Counted from the stretch's first letter, positions 1 to 10,202 are shown. The stretch is 64,000 nt of DNA from Candidatus Latescibacterota bacterium (GCA_965203805.1 OZ241917.1:896001-960000), one strand, 5' to 3'. Program-made: numbers and translations. The notes: generated by a model from the sequence alone, not told the origin.

Positions 1-327
1 CAGGACGTTGGTGACCAGGTGAGGCAGACTCACCGAACCCTCTCCAATGTTCGCCACCTTGTCTTCGTAGTGCATCGCGAGGTCCGCTCCCGTCATGACG
101 GCTTTCACGCCCGGCAGCGCTCTGGCCGCTCCCGTGTCAATTGACAGGATGCGAGCGTGCGCGTGGGGGCTGCGGAGGGTCTTTCCGATCAACACGCCAG
201 ACGTGTGAGTATCCGCGCCGTACTTCGCGCGGCCGGTCACCTTGTCCGTGCCGTCATGGCGAATCGGTCGGGTTCCAACCACGTTATAGCGGTCGATGCC
301 GAGATAGTCTTCCGTTTTTGTGGCCAT
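1..327 (-). CDS. Xanthine dehydrogenase-family molybdopterin-binding subunit, N-terminal part (runs off window)
   Basis: Read by hand from ATG at 327: MATKTEDYLGIDRYNVVGTRPIRHDGTDKVTGRAKYGAD...LRSPHAHARILSID, clearly paralogous to the N-terminus of 391..2670. Confidence 0.9.
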   Translation of the reverse strand, partial: MATKTEDYLGIDRYNVVGTRPIRHDGTDKVTGRAKYGADTHTSGVLIGKTLRSPHAHARILSIDTGAARALPGVKAVMTGADLAMHYEDKVANIGEGSVSLPHLVTNVL

Positions 328-390
328 TTTGATCCGATCTCCGGAATTTAACGCGCGGCGCCCTGCCATGGGGCACGCACGCGGTTTCCC

Positions 391-2670
391 TTATGATCCG
401 TTACTTTTCCACAACGCTTTCAGAACGTTTCCGGGCGACATCGGCAATACGTTCATCCGGACGCCCACGGCGCGGTAGATGGCGTTGGCCAGAGCCGCCG
501 GCGGCGGCACGATGGGCGCTTCGCCCACCCCGCGAACACCGTAGGGATGCCCCGGATTGGGAACTTCGACAATGATGGTTTCAATCATGGGCAGGTCGAG
601 GCATGTAGGCATCCGATAGTCAAGAAGGCTGGCATTGGTCAACTCGCCGTCATCATTGTACCAGTACTCTTCGTTCAGGCCCCATCCGATGCCCTGGGCC
701 GCACCCCCCTGCATCTGACCTTCCACATATGCGGGATGAATAGCCTTGCCTGCATCCTGCACCATGGTCACCCTGAGAATATCCACCTTGCCCGTATCCG
801 GGTCGGTCTCGACGTCGGCGATCATCAGGGAAAACGCGCCCCCCACCCCCTGCGGGTCGACGGTCGCACGCCCGACGACAGGCCCGCCAGTCTCGTTTAG
901 TTTTCCTGCCAATTCTTTGAATGTCAGTGATTTCGAAGGATCGGACCTGGATTTGAACGTGCCGTCTTCGAAGGCCACGTCGTCCGGGGAGATCTCCCAG
1001 TATTTCGCGGCGCGCTCAACCATCTGTGCGATGATATCCTGTGCCGCGTTATAGGCCGCCCATCCCGTGGAAAACGTGACACGGCTGCCGCCGGTGACGT
1101 CCGTTTCTCCCACACCGTCGGTGTCGGCCACAACCGGGTTGACGTCTTCCGCAGGAATTCCAAGAGGTTCGGCGAGTTGCATGGCTACAGACGTCCGCGT
1201 GCCTCCGATATCGGTGGATCCTTCGACCAGGCTGACGGTGCCGTCTGTATTCACGGACGCGCACGCACTGGATTTCAGCCCCACGTTGAACCAGAATCCC
1301 GACGCCACTCCCCTGCCCCGGTTCCTGCCCTGCAGCGGCGCCCTGTAGTGGTCGCTTGCCATCGCCGCCTTCAAGACTTCCTCCTGGCCGACGCGAGGAA
1401 AGGTCGGCCCGTCCGCGCGTCGCGTGCCTTCCTTTGCCGCGTTCTTCATTCGGAACTCGAGTGGATCCTCCCCAAGCCTCTCGCAGATTTCGTCGACAAT
1501 GGTCTCGGATGCAAAGGCCGCATTGGTGGCGCCCGGCGCCCTGTACGCCATGGTCTGCGGCTTGTTCACGACCACGTTGTACCCGTCTATGGCTACGTTT
1601 TCAATATCGTACGGGGCAAAGATGCACATGGCGCCGGGTTCCGCCCACGCTCCGGCAAATCCACCCGACTCGTAGGCCATGTAGGCTTCCGCGGCCACCA
1701 GTTTACCCTGGTTTGTAGCGCCCATCTTCACCCGAATGTAGGACCCGGGAGTGGGGCCTGTGGCTTTCAGCACTTCGTCCCGGTCCATTACCATCTTCAC
1801 CGGATGCCCGGACTTTCTGGACAGAATGGCGGCAACGGGCTCCAGGTAAACTCTGATCTTTCCGCCGAATCCCCCGCCGATTTCGGTGGGGATGACCCGG
1901 ATATTCACAGGCGAAAGCTGCAGCAGGCCCGCCAGCTGCTCGCGTACCGTAAACGAACCCTGGGTGCTGCACCAGACGGTCAGGCGCCCGTCCGGATTCC
2001 AGAGCGCCGTGGCATTCTGCGGCTCGATATAACCCTGGTGCACCGTGTCGGTAAAGAACTCCTTTTCGATGACCACGTCGGCCTGCGCGAAACCCGATTC
2101 GGTGTCGCCCAGCTTATGCTGAAAGTGGGTGGCGACGTTGCTCGCCGTACCGGTATCTTCGCCCAGCGATTCCGTGGTTAACGTTTCGTGCAGGAGCGGC
2201 GAACCCGGCTTCATCGCCTCCCTCACGTCCAGCAGCGGATCGAGGACCTCGTATTTCACCTCGATCAGGCCCAGCGCCGCTTCCGCGATATGCGCGCTCG
2301 TCGCGGCCACCGCGGCCACCGCATGTCCGTCGTAGACCACTTTGCCGTCGGCCAGCACGTTCGCGCGAAGGTCCACCATATTGGCCGCGCCTTCGCCCAG
2401 ATCCTCCACCTTCTTTTCCGGTACGGGAATGTCGTCGACGGTGGTTACGGCCTTTACGCCATGCAGGGATTCGGCCTTGCGTGTATCGATGGATACGATG
2501 CGCGCGTGGGCGTGTGGACTTCGCAACACTTTCCCGTAGATCAGACCGGACATCTGCACATCGGCTCCATATATTGCCCGCCCCGTGACCTTGTCGACGC
2601 CATCGTGCCTGATCGGCCGCGTGCCCAACACCTTGTATTCCTTGATTCCGAGATAATCCTCGCCTGGCAT
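391..2670 (-). CDS. Xanthine dehydrogenase/CoxL-family molybdopterin-binding large subunit
   Basis: 759 aa; KVTGRAIY, LRSPHAHA, GGGFGGK, AYRAPG, EGQMQGG and RGVGE motifs. Confidence 0.95.
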   Translation of the reverse strand: MPGEDYLGIKEYKVLGTRPIRHDGVDKVTGRAIYGADVQMSGLIYGKVLRSPHAHARIVSIDTRKAESLHGVKAVTTVDDIPVPEKKVEDLGEGAANMVDLRANVLADGKVVYDGHAVAAVAATSAHIAEAALGLIEVKYEVLDPLLDVREAMKPGSPLLHETLTTESLGEDTGTASNVATHFQHKLGDTESGFAQADVVIEKEFFTDTVHQGYIEPQNATALWNPDGRLTVWCSTQGSFTVREQLAGLLQLSPVNIRVIPTEIGGGFGGKIRVYLEPVAAILSRKSGHPVKMVMDRDEVLKATGPTPGSYIRVKMGATNQGKLVAAEAYMAYESGGFAGAWAEPGAMCIFAPYDIENVAIDGYNVVVNKPQTMAYRAPGATNAAFASETIVDEICERLGEDPLEFRMKNAAKEGTRRADGPTFPRVGQEEVLKAAMASDHYRAPLQGRNRGRGVASGFWFNVGLKSSACASVNTDGTVSLVEGSTDIGGTRTSVAMQLAEPLGIPAEDVNPVVADTDGVGETDVTGGSRVTFSTGWAAYNAAQDIIAQMVERAAKYWEISPDDVAFEDGTFKSRSDPSKSLTFKELAGKLNETGGPVVGRATVDPQGVGGAFSLMIADVETDPDTGKVDILRVTMVQDAGKAIHPAYVEGQMQGGAAQGIGWGLNEEYWYNDDGELTNASLLDYRMPTCLDLPMIETIIVEVPNPGHPYGVRGVGEAPIVPPPAALANAIYRAVGVRMNVLPMSPGNVLKALWKSNGS

Positions 2671-3152
2671 CAGACCGTCTCCCTCATCGTTCGCGCGGTG
2701 TCCATCACCGCTCTTACGATTTTATCGTATCCCGTGCAACGGCACAGATTCCCTGCCAACCAGAGGCGAATCCGACGTTCGTCGGGTTCCGGTTCGCGAT
2801 CGAGCAACGCCTTCGCCGCCACGATGAAACCGGGCGTGCAGACGCCGCACTGAAGCGCCGCGTGCTCCAGAAATTTCTGCTGCAGCGGATGCAGACCGTC
2901 GGGGGTGGCTACCCCTTCAATGGTCGTAATTTCGCACCCCTCCGCCTCAACGCCCAGGGCCAGACAGGAGTTGATCACGCGGCCGTCGACAATGACGCTG
3001 CAGGCGCCGCAATTGCCGTTGCCGCATCCTTCTTTGGCGCCGGTGAGGCCCAGGTTGTCTCGGAGCACATCCAACAGCGTGTCTCGCGGTTCACAAAGGA
3101 ATTCCGTTTCTTCTCCATTGACGTTCGTCGTCACATGAACTTTGCCAGCCAT
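2670..3152 (-). CDS. (2Fe-2S)-binding small subunit (CoxS/XdhC-type)
   Basis: GCGNGNCGAC, QCGVCTPG and GNLCRCTGY motifs; 1-nt overlap with the large subunit. Confidence 0.96.
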   Translation of the reverse strand: MAGKVHVTTNVNGEETEFLCEPRDTLLDVLRDNLGLTGAKEGCGNGNCGACSVIVDGRVINSCLALGVEAEGCEITTIEGVATPDGLHPLQQKFLEHAALQCGVCTPGFIVAAKALLDREPEPDERRIRLWLAGNLCRCTGYDKIVRAVMDTARTMRETV

Positions 3153-3205
3153 TTTACGCGTACTCCTTTGTTGGCGTATAGTCAGGAGATTCGAGCCACC
3201 TGGAT

Positions 3206-4075
3206 TTATCCTGCGCGTTCCACCGCGCCGCGGACCGCACGGCGGGTCAGTACTCCGGCCAGGTGAATCCTTTGTTCGATCGTACCGCGCATATCCGTGA
3301 TGGGCCGGGCGGATTGCCGGGCGATCTCGGCCGCCCTTTCGATCGTCTCGTCCGATACCTCATTGCCGGCGAGGGCTTCACCCGCCTCGGCCAGGTAGAG
3401 AGGGACGGGCGCAACGGCGCCCACGGCGACGCGGGCGGACGCAAACGCATTCTTCTCGGCGTTCAACACCACGGAAGCCGCGGCGTTGACAACGGCGATA
3501 TCCATTTCGTTCCGGGGAATGAACCGGAGGAAATACGCCCCCGAGTTGGCATCGGGCGCGGGAAAGCGGACGGACACCAGGAACTCGCCGTCCTGCATCA
3601 CGGTCTGCCCCGGCGCCGTGCAGAAGTCCTCCACCGCGACCTCTCGTTCGCCGCCCGGTCCCGCGACTTTCGCCGCTGCCCCCAGAACGATCAGGGTTGG
3701 AATGGTATCCGCCGCGGGCGACGCGTTACACAGGTTCCCGCCGATCGTGGCCCGGCCCTGGATCTGGATGGATCCGATGAGTTCCGTGGAATCCACGAGC
3801 GCCGGGTATTTCGACGCCACATGTTCGTTTTCGTAGATGTCGCAACACGAGACCCCGGCCCCGATCGTCAATCCCTCTTCGGGATCGAACGACAGTTCGT
3901 TTGCCTCGGGTATTTTCTTGACATCCACCAGCACTTTCACCCGACGTCGACCCTCTTTCAACTGTGCGATGATATCCGAACCGCCGGCCAGCATCCGGGC
4001 ATCCGGGCCGTTTTCGGAGAGCACGGCGACGGCCTCGTCGACGGTCTGAGGCGCTACGTAATCAAACGCATGCAA
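3206..4075 (-). CDS. FAD-binding medium subunit (CoxM-type)
   Basis: LAGGSD and ATIGGNLCNASPAAD motifs; GGAG RBS upstream. Confidence 0.95.
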   Translation of the reverse strand: MHAFDYVAPQTVDEAVAVLSENGPDARMLAGGSDIIAQLKEGRRRVKVLVDVKKIPEANELSFDPEEGLTIGAGVSCCDIYENEHVASKYPALVDSTELIGSIQIQGRATIGGNLCNASPAADTIPTLIVLGAAAKVAGPGGEREVAVEDFCTAPGQTVMQDGEFLVSVRFPAPDANSGAYFLRFIPRNEMDIAVVNAAASVVLNAEKNAFASARVAVGAVAPVPLYLAEAGEALAGNEVSDETIERAAEIARQSARPITDMRGTIEQRIHLAGVLTRRAVRGAVERAG

Positions 4076-4152
4076 GGTTTGCTCCTCCTGTACTGAGTTG
4101 GGGGATCCCCCGGCGCCGGCATTTCACTTCCGATGGCCCGGGAATGCGCGTA

Positions 4153-4181
4153 AGAATAAGATTCGGGGGTCGTAATGTCAA
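4153..4181 (-). promoter_or_regulatory. Sigma70-type promoter of the Mo-hydroxylase operon
   Basis: Minus strand TTGACA-17 nt-TATTCT, about 80 nt upstream of the medium-subunit start. Confidence 0.7.
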
Positions 4182-4303
4182 GGGTTTTCGAGGTAGCTTG
4201 AGCGGCGGCACTGCGCCAGGAGTCCTACCCGCGAAACCGGGGTTTATCCGCGCGAGTTAATAGCTTCCGAGGGGAGACAGGCTTCCTCGAGGTTCGCGTT
4301 CGG

Positions 4304-5356
4304 TCATTGCGCGCACAGTACGGCGTAACCGGCGCGGGACGCGAGAGTCCCTGCAGTGCGGAACGACCGCTTCATCTGTTTCAGGTACATTCCCGGACGC
4401 GTGGCGACAACGATGAATCTACCGCCCGGTACCAGGTGTCGGGCGGCGCCCTCCGCAAACTGCCTGGCCGTGGCGACACCCTGGTGGGTCGGCGCATTGC
4501 ACAGAATAAGGTCGAAGGACGCTCCCGATGCGGCCTCGAAACCGTCGCTCAAGGCAGTACGCGCGCTCGTAAGGCCGTTGCGGGCGACGTTCCGTCTCGC
4601 GCATTGAACCGCCAGCAGGTCCGAATCCAGCAGCAGGACCTTGCGCGCCCGGCCAGCAGCCGCGATGCCGATCGCACCGAATCCGCATCCCAGGTCCAGC
4701 ACAGTTTGGTGCGCCCTGACGTCGACCGTATCGATCAGAAGCCGGGTGCCGGGATCCAGGCCGTCGCTCGAGAAGACGCCCGCACAGGTTTCAAACACGC
4801 AACGCGCGCCACGAGGGTCGTTCCAGACGAACGAACGCGCCGTGTCGACCGGATCCGCGCCGGCCGTGGCGTTTTTCTTCTTGAACCGATAGATTCGAAG
4901 GCCCGATTTCGCCAATAGCTTTTCAGCGTCTCCGAAAACCGCCTCCAGCCTGTTCCGATAGCTGTTCACACCGGCATTTTGCCATCCGGCGAGCAGGAAC
5001 CGACCGTGAATCGCCATTCTGTGAAACGCGGCGTCGATGAGCTGAAATGCTCGCGCCTTGGCCTCCCACCGGGCGGGAGCATAGAAGACCACGTCGAAAC
5101 CCGGTCCGGGCACGCCCGAGGGCGACGCTTCGAGCCAGGCGCACGCATTGGACAATCCCCTTCGCCGGATTGCGTTCTCGCATCGTCGGACGGCTCGGAG
5201 ATCGGAGCTCACGAAGTGAATCCCAGCCGCGTTCACGTCCAGCCCCGCGGGGTGTCCGGCCACCCCCAGATCCAGAACGCGTTCGTGGCTTTCGACGGCC
5301 GCTGCCGCCAGCAACGCGGAGGCTGCCCGATCCTGTTTGGCGGAACGCCCGATCAC
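4304..5356 (-). CDS. Class I SAM-dependent methyltransferase, RsmC/MTS family (two-domain)
   Basis: GVFSSDGLDPGTRLL, VLDLGCGFGAIG and FDLILCNAPTH (NPPF-like) motifs. Confidence 0.85.
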   Translation of the reverse strand: MIGRSAKQDRAASALLAAAAVESHERVLDLGVAGHPAGLDVNAAGIHFVSSDLRAVRRCENAIRRRGLSNACAWLEASPSGVPGPGFDVVFYAPARWEAKARAFQLIDAAFHRMAIHGRFLLAGWQNAGVNSYRNRLEAVFGDAEKLLAKSGLRIYRFKKKNATAGADPVDTARSFVWNDPRGARCVFETCAGVFSSDGLDPGTRLLIDTVDVRAHQTVLDLGCGFGAIGIAAAGRARKVLLLDSDLLAVQCARRNVARNGLTSARTALSDGFEAASGASFDLILCNAPTHQGVATARQFAEGAARHLVPGGRFIVVATRPGMYLKQMKRSFRTAGTLASRAGYAVLCAQ

Positions 5357-5384
5357 TCTTGCCTCAAGCTTCTCCCGGCGCTAT

Positions 5385-5600
5385 GTACGTATTCCGGAGG
5401 TCGATCGGGAGGTCGCCGCCCGATGGGGCGAGATTTCGGCGGCGGCGGAAAGAGCCGGGCGAACCTTGCCGGTTCCGGACGGTCTGCTCGCGGCCACCGC
5501 CCTGACTTCCGGTCTGACGTTCGTGACGCGAAACACGGGCGATGTACGGGTAACCGGGGTACCGGTATTCGACCCCTGGGAGGAACCGTCCCTTCGTTAG
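5385..5600 (+). pseudogene. C-terminal remnant of a PIN-domain (VapC/FitB-like) toxin
   Basis: RIPEVDREVAARWGEISAAAERAGRTLPVPDGLLAATALTSGLTFVTRNTGD...VFDPW is the typical VapC C-half; the N-terminal DTN motif and an antitoxin are missing. Confidence 0.8.
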
Positions 5601-5617
5601 ACCCCAATGGTGCGAAT

Positions 5618-6436
5618 TTACCCGCTGCGCTTCAGGCGGCCCGTCCGCTTCGCGTAGACCTCGGCAATGTGAAAGATCCATAATCCCAGTGGGACCATAA
5701 TTACGCCTGAAACCGTCAGAATAATGAGGTCGACCTGCACATCGGCGATGGTCGCGTTGTCGAGCAGCGCCGTGCGGATGGATCGGAGCGCGTAGGTGCC
5801 TGGCGAGAAGGTCGATAGCGGCCGCAGCCAGTCGGGGAGTACCGACACTTCGTAGTAAACGCCTGAAATCAGCAATACCAGCGTGCCGAAAATATCAGTT
5901 GCCCGTGCGCCTTTCTCCGGCGATAGAAGCGGGAACACGGCCGCCATTAGTCCCATCCCCAGGAACGAAAGACTGGCCGTGACCAGGACGGCGACGGCCG
6001 TCGTCAGATTCGCGTCTGAAAGGCTCAGATCGAAGAACATCACCGCCGATACGAGAACCACACCGGACCTCAGGAAACCGTAGATGATCGCGTATATGCA
6101 CTGGCCGGCGAGGTGCGTCAGCCTGTAGACGGGCGACATGAACGTGTATTCGATGGTCCCTTCCCAGCGCTCCCACGCGACGGCGTCCGCCACTTCGAAG
6201 AAAAGCAGGCGAAGAAAATTCCAGAGCACCGCGCCCACGATCAAAAACAGCACGGACGCCCTCACCTTTTCCGGGTCGTCCCCGCCCATATATACACCGA
6301 TCAACCCGATGGTCAACGCGTGGACCACGTTCCATACAACGAATATCAGTTCCCAGCTCGCGTACCGCCGGGCCAGGTTGAAATTCCTCTCGATAAACGC
6401 TACCGACGCTTTGATCTCCGCGGTTACCGGGTTCAC
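5618..6436 (-). CDS. ABC-2 type transporter permease
   Basis: About 6 hydrophobic helices, ERWEGTIEY and SGVYYEVSVLPDWL motifs; GTGA overlap with the ATPase stop. Confidence 0.9.
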   Translation of the reverse strand: MNPVTAEIKASVAFIERNFNLARRYASWELIFVVWNVVHALTIGLIGVYMGGDDPEKVRASVLFLIVGAVLWNFLRLLFFEVADAVAWERWEGTIEYTFMSPVYRLTHLAGQCIYAIIYGFLRSGVVLVSAVMFFDLSLSDANLTTAVAVLVTASLSFLGMGLMAAVFPLLSPEKGARATDIFGTLVLLISGVYYEVSVLPDWLRPLSTFSPGTYALRSIRTALLDNATIADVQVDLIILTVSGVIMVPLGLWIFHIAEVYAKRTGRLKRSG

Positions 6437-7338
6437 GTTCCGTCTCCTTCCGTTTCGTCTTCCAAGTCGGCATGCGCGAGATCCATTCCAGTCATCTTGA
6501 AGAAAACATCCTCCAGACTTCCACCGACGCATCCGGCGCGGACCTTCAGTTCGTCGACCGTGCCCATGGCGATAAACCTGCCGTGGTGGATGATCGACAC
6601 CCGGTTGCACACCCGTTCCGCCTCGTCCATGTCGTGTGTTGTCAGCAGAACCGTCGCTTCGTGCCGCTCCCGAATACCCATCACGTAATCCTGCACCTGG
6701 CGCTTCGAGACCGGATCCAGCCCCGTCGTCGGTTCATCCATCAGCAACAGAACCGGCGACGTAAATAGCGCGCGCGCCACCGCCACCTTCTGTTGCATGC
6801 CGCGGGACAGGTCTTCCACGGGTTGGTCCACCCGGTCTTCTCCAAACCCCATTTCCGCCAGAATCGCCCTGGCCCGCCGGCGCCCCTCCCGAACGGGAAC
6901 GCCGTACAATCTGGCCGCGTAACTCAGGTTCTCCCACGCCGACAGCTTCTTGAAAAAGGCCGCATCGACGGACACCCGGTTGATATAACGCTTTACGCGC
7001 ATCGCGTCCCGCACCACGTGCAGGCCGAAAACCTGTGCCTCGCCCCTGTCGGGAAAGACCAGGGTCGAAAGGATGCGAATCAGGGTCGATTTGCCCGAAC
7101 CATTTGGACCGAGAATTCCGAAAATCTCACCCCGTTGCACCGTGAATCCGACGCCGTCAACGGCCAGAATTTCCCTGCGGCGGCGCCTGAATCTGCCCAG
7201 GAAGCCGTTCGCCCTGCCGGTCTCGTTATCGGGTACCCGGAAGACCTTGGTCAGGTCCGTCGCCTGGACCGCGGGCGCTTCGTAATCGATGTCCAACGCT
7301 GATTTCCCTTTCCCGGAAGCAACGTCCCGATTCACCAA
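6433..7338 (-). CDS. ABC transporter ATP-binding protein (DrrA-like)
   Basis: Walker A GPNGSGKST, signature LSRGMQQK, Walker B LLLMDEPT, TTH switch. Confidence 0.95.
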   Translation of the reverse strand: MVNRDVASGKGKSALDIDYEAPAVQATDLTKVFRVPDNETGRANGFLGRFRRRRREILAVDGVGFTVQRGEIFGILGPNGSGKSTLIRILSTLVFPDRGEAQVFGLHVVRDAMRVKRYINRVSVDAAFFKKLSAWENLSYAARLYGVPVREGRRRARAILAEMGFGEDRVDQPVEDLSRGMQQKVAVARALFTSPVLLLMDEPTTGLDPVSKRQVQDYVMGIRERHEATVLLTTHDMDEAERVCNRVSIIHHGRFIAMGTVDELKVRAGCVGGSLEDVFFKMTGMDLAHADLEDETEGDGT

Positions 7339-7423
7339 CGCCAGATTGAGTTTGAATACTCCCGTAACTCAGGCGTCGCAAAATCGGGAAAACAGCAGCC
7401 GATATGCATTTCAATTTGGACAC

Positions 7424-7447
7424 AAAAAAGATGCGCGTTCGCGCATC
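7424..7447 (-). terminator. Intrinsic terminator between the rhodanese and ABC genes
   Basis: Minus strand GATGCGCG-AA-CGCGCATC followed by TTTTTT. Confidence 0.65.
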
Positions 7448-7623
7448 CTGGTATGAACCTGCATTACCTGGCATATGATATCCCAACCCCGTACGCCCTC
7501 CGAAGCCCTTCAATCGCGACGGCGTTTCCCTTCACGGCGGGCAACATCGGCGGCGCAACCTGAACATCCCGACATACACTGGGTTCACCGCCGTGACCGA
7601 TCACCTGAGACGCGACTGCGCGC

Positions 7624-8061
7624 TCAGCGTCCCTTCTGTCCATCGTAGGAATTCTGCGCCGTGACCTCCGTTGATACAGGCAACCCCGAATCCCGCCATC
7701 CGGAGACTTCCACCCCCCCGGTTCCCGGATTGACCTTACCGCCAAAGCCCCCGACCACGTTTGCCACATTCGTGTACCCTGCTTTTTCAAGCATCTGCGC
7801 CGCATACTGTGAACGCACGCCCGACTGGCAGCCGCAGTAGATTCTCGTCTCCCGGCTCAGCACACCCTCCACCACGCCCTGAAAATCCGGGTTGGGCATC
7901 ATGCCGCCGGCCGGACTCTGAAAGGCGACCGGAATATTGATGGCGCCTTCGGGGTGCCCCCGGGCGAATTCCCCTTCGGTCCGAACGTCCAGGTACACCG
8001 CATTGGTATCGGCGTCCAGGGCCGCCTTCGCATCGGAAGGAACAATCTGCTCAATTGCCAT
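7624..8061 (-). CDS. Rhodanese-like domain protein
   Basis: YLDVRTEGEFARGHPEGAINIP and active-site loop CQSGVRS; start taken at MAIEQ. Confidence 0.9.
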   Translation of the reverse strand: MAIEQIVPSDAKAALDADTNAVYLDVRTEGEFARGHPEGAINIPVAFQSPAGGMMPNPDFQGVVEGVLSRETRIYCGCQSGVRSQYAAQMLEKAGYTNVANVVGGFGGKVNPGTGGVEVSGWRDSGLPVSTEVTAQNSYDGQKGR

Positions 8062-8288
8062 AGACGGAACTTCCCTTCGTGTCCTGTCTGCCCACATCCG
8101 TTCGAGGCGCCTCAGCGGCGTTCGTTGCGGATCGCGGAGAGCCAACGATGCACGGATTGCGCCCGCGCGTTCTTGTGCGAAGTACCAATTGCGCGACTGC
8201 AGCCGCAACGCCGGAGATCAAGACGCGCACGTTTTTTTTCAGTTTCGATCATCAAATATACGCCCTTACGGCCCACAGTGCAAGTGCT

Positions 8289-10202
8289 CTACGGTAAACT
8301 GTCGATGTTTCCCAGATCCACCTGCAAAACCTCGAATCCGGCGGCGAAATACAGCGAGCCGTCGACGATTCGCAAATGCTCTCCCATCTCGTCGATCCGG
8401 GGTGCGAATTCAATGTGTTCCCCACGGACTTCCAGCATGCCGACCTTGCCGTTGGCTGAAGTCCACATCCGTCCGGTGGCCCGATCCAGCACGACCTCCC
8501 GGCAACCGGACGGCGCCGGGCCCAGATCGCGCAGATCGCCGGTTTGCGCATTCCACGCGTAGAAGCGACTTCTCTGAAGCGCGAGCACCTCCCCGGAAGG
8601 CAGAACGACCATTACCCGGGCGGCGCCCTCGCCTTCCTGAATTGCCTGTGAACGGTCGACCGCAAGCTGGTCCATGTCGAACGATACCAGCATGCCCGTG
8701 GTCTGCGTGGGCGGCGCCGAGTTCGCATCCGCGAAGATCTCAGTTCCGCAGTAAACCCGGCGGCGTTTCGAATCCACCAGCAGGGAGTTCACCTTCTGAT
8801 CCTCCACGATATGCCGCCAGACCCGGATTTCGCCGGTCTCCGGTTCGATCCGGCTGAGCGCGCCGCCGAGATGCCCGTATTCCGGACTGGTGGACATCCA
8901 GACGTACCGCCCGTCGTGAAGCAGCCCTGTAGGCCTCATTTGCCCTTCGCGTTGCGCGCTGGCCAGCACTCGCGGATTGTCCGGCCAGTCAGGTTGCGCC
9001 GATGGATCGAACGCCGTTACCGCGGACGTCGTATAGCTGCTTTGCAGAACACGCTCTGTGACCGGTTCCCAGATAATCTGGTTGATCTGCCCCCCGCCCG
9101 GCGCCGCACGTCCGCAATCCTCCCCGTCTCCGGTTTTCATGTCGATCATCCAGAACCGCTGGTTGATGAACGGCGCGCCGAGAATTACGTTCCGTTCCGG
9201 TACGGGGCAGAGCGCGTGCGCGGCCATGGGACCGGTGGATTCCAGGTCGGTACAGTCCGTCCGCCCCGTCTCCACGTCGAATTTGAGCGCAAGGCCGGAA
9301 ATGGTCACGCCGCACACGGCGGTCTTTCCCCATGGATGCAGGGTTGCAGGTCCGCCATCCGACCAGTCCAGCGCCGCCACGTCCCATCTTTCAGCTTCGC
9401 GATGAAGAACGTAGAGACTGCCGTCCGCAGAGCTGTACGCATAAAGCCGGCCGTCGACAACGCAGGCTTTTCCGCCCAGGCCCCCCGTCTCGGGACCCTC
9501 GATGCGCTGTTTCAGTTCGAAACCCGGATATGTCATGAAATGGAGTTCGCCCCGGACAAACGCCGCAAGCGTCTCGCTGTCCCAGAAGAAGGCGTCGGTC
9601 GTGGAACCCACGCCCCGAATGTTCTCAGGTGTGTGGGACTCCGCGGACATGGTTTCCAGATTCAGCAGGACCAGCCGCGCCTGCGGTACGTCGATGGCGA
9701 GCAGGACACGTCCGTCCGGCGCCTCCAGGACATTGTGGCCGTATAGCGCCGTCGGGTATTCCGTATCTATCGGCCGAAAGACCTTTACCAGCCGCGACTC
9801 CCGCCAGTCGTACACGCCAACGTGACCGGGAGAGGCTTCCCACACCGCATACCGGTCAGTCACACACCCGCCCCAGGTGATAGACGTCAATTCGCCGGTT
9901 ATCAGGATCTCAAAGCCGTCGGCGACCGGATCGTACCGGATCAGGTCTCCATTCCCGCAGCCGAGGTAGAGGCAGCCGTCGGCCGCGGTTCTCAACATGT
10001 AGGCCCCGGGGATGCCTTCCGGCAGTTCCCGCATCCCACGGGATCCGGTGTCCGGATTCCAGAAGTAGATGCGACCGCCCGAACTTCCGCCCCAGACGCT
10101 GCTCACCAGATGGTCGTCGCCGAGAAATCGGACATTTGCCACTTCGGCATTGATGAACGGCAAACGGCTGTGAGGAATGGGATAGCGTTTAATGGATGCC
10201 AT
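8289..10202 (-). CDS. Hypothetical protein, probable beta-propeller
   Basis: ~637 aa, beta-rich with recurring YDPxTG/IEPETG/WNPDTG blade-like motifs; no signal peptide. Confidence 0.7.
   Translation of the reverse strand: MASIKRYPIPHSRLPFINAEVANVRFLGDDHLVSSVWGGSSGGRIYFWNPDTGSRGMRELPEGIPGAYMLRTAADGCLYLGCGNGDLIRYDPVADGFEILITGELTSITWGGCVTDRYAVWEASPGHVGVYDWRESRLVKVFRPIDTEYPTALYGHNVLEAPDGRVLLAIDVPQARLVLLNLETMSAESHTPENIRGVGSTTDAFFWDSETLAAFVRGELHFMTYPGFELKQRIEGPETGGLGGKACVVDGRLYAYSSADGSLYVLHREAERWDVAALDWSDGGPATLHPWGKTAVCGVTISGLALKFDVETGRTDCTDLESTGPMAAHALCPVPERNVILGAPFINQRFWMIDMKTGDGEDCGRAAPGGGQINQIIWEPVTERVLQSSYTTSAVTAFDPSAQPDWPDNPRVLASAQREGQMRPTGLLHDGRYVWMSTSPEYGHLGGALSRIEPETGEIRVWRHIVEDQKVNSLLVDSKRRRVYCGTEIFADANSAPPTQTTGMLVSFDMDQLAVDRSQAIQEGEGAARVMVVLPSGEVLALQRSRFYAWNAQTGDLRDLGPAPSGCREVVLDRATGRMWTSANGKVGMLEVRGEHIEFAPRIDEMGEHLRIVDGSLYFAAGFEVLQVDLGNIDSLP

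Noticed and set aside
391-4075. Aerobic CO dehydrogenase (coxMSL)
   Set aside because: The active-site loop is AYRAPG rather than AYxCSFR (form I) or AYxGAGR (form II), and no cox accessory genes are visible
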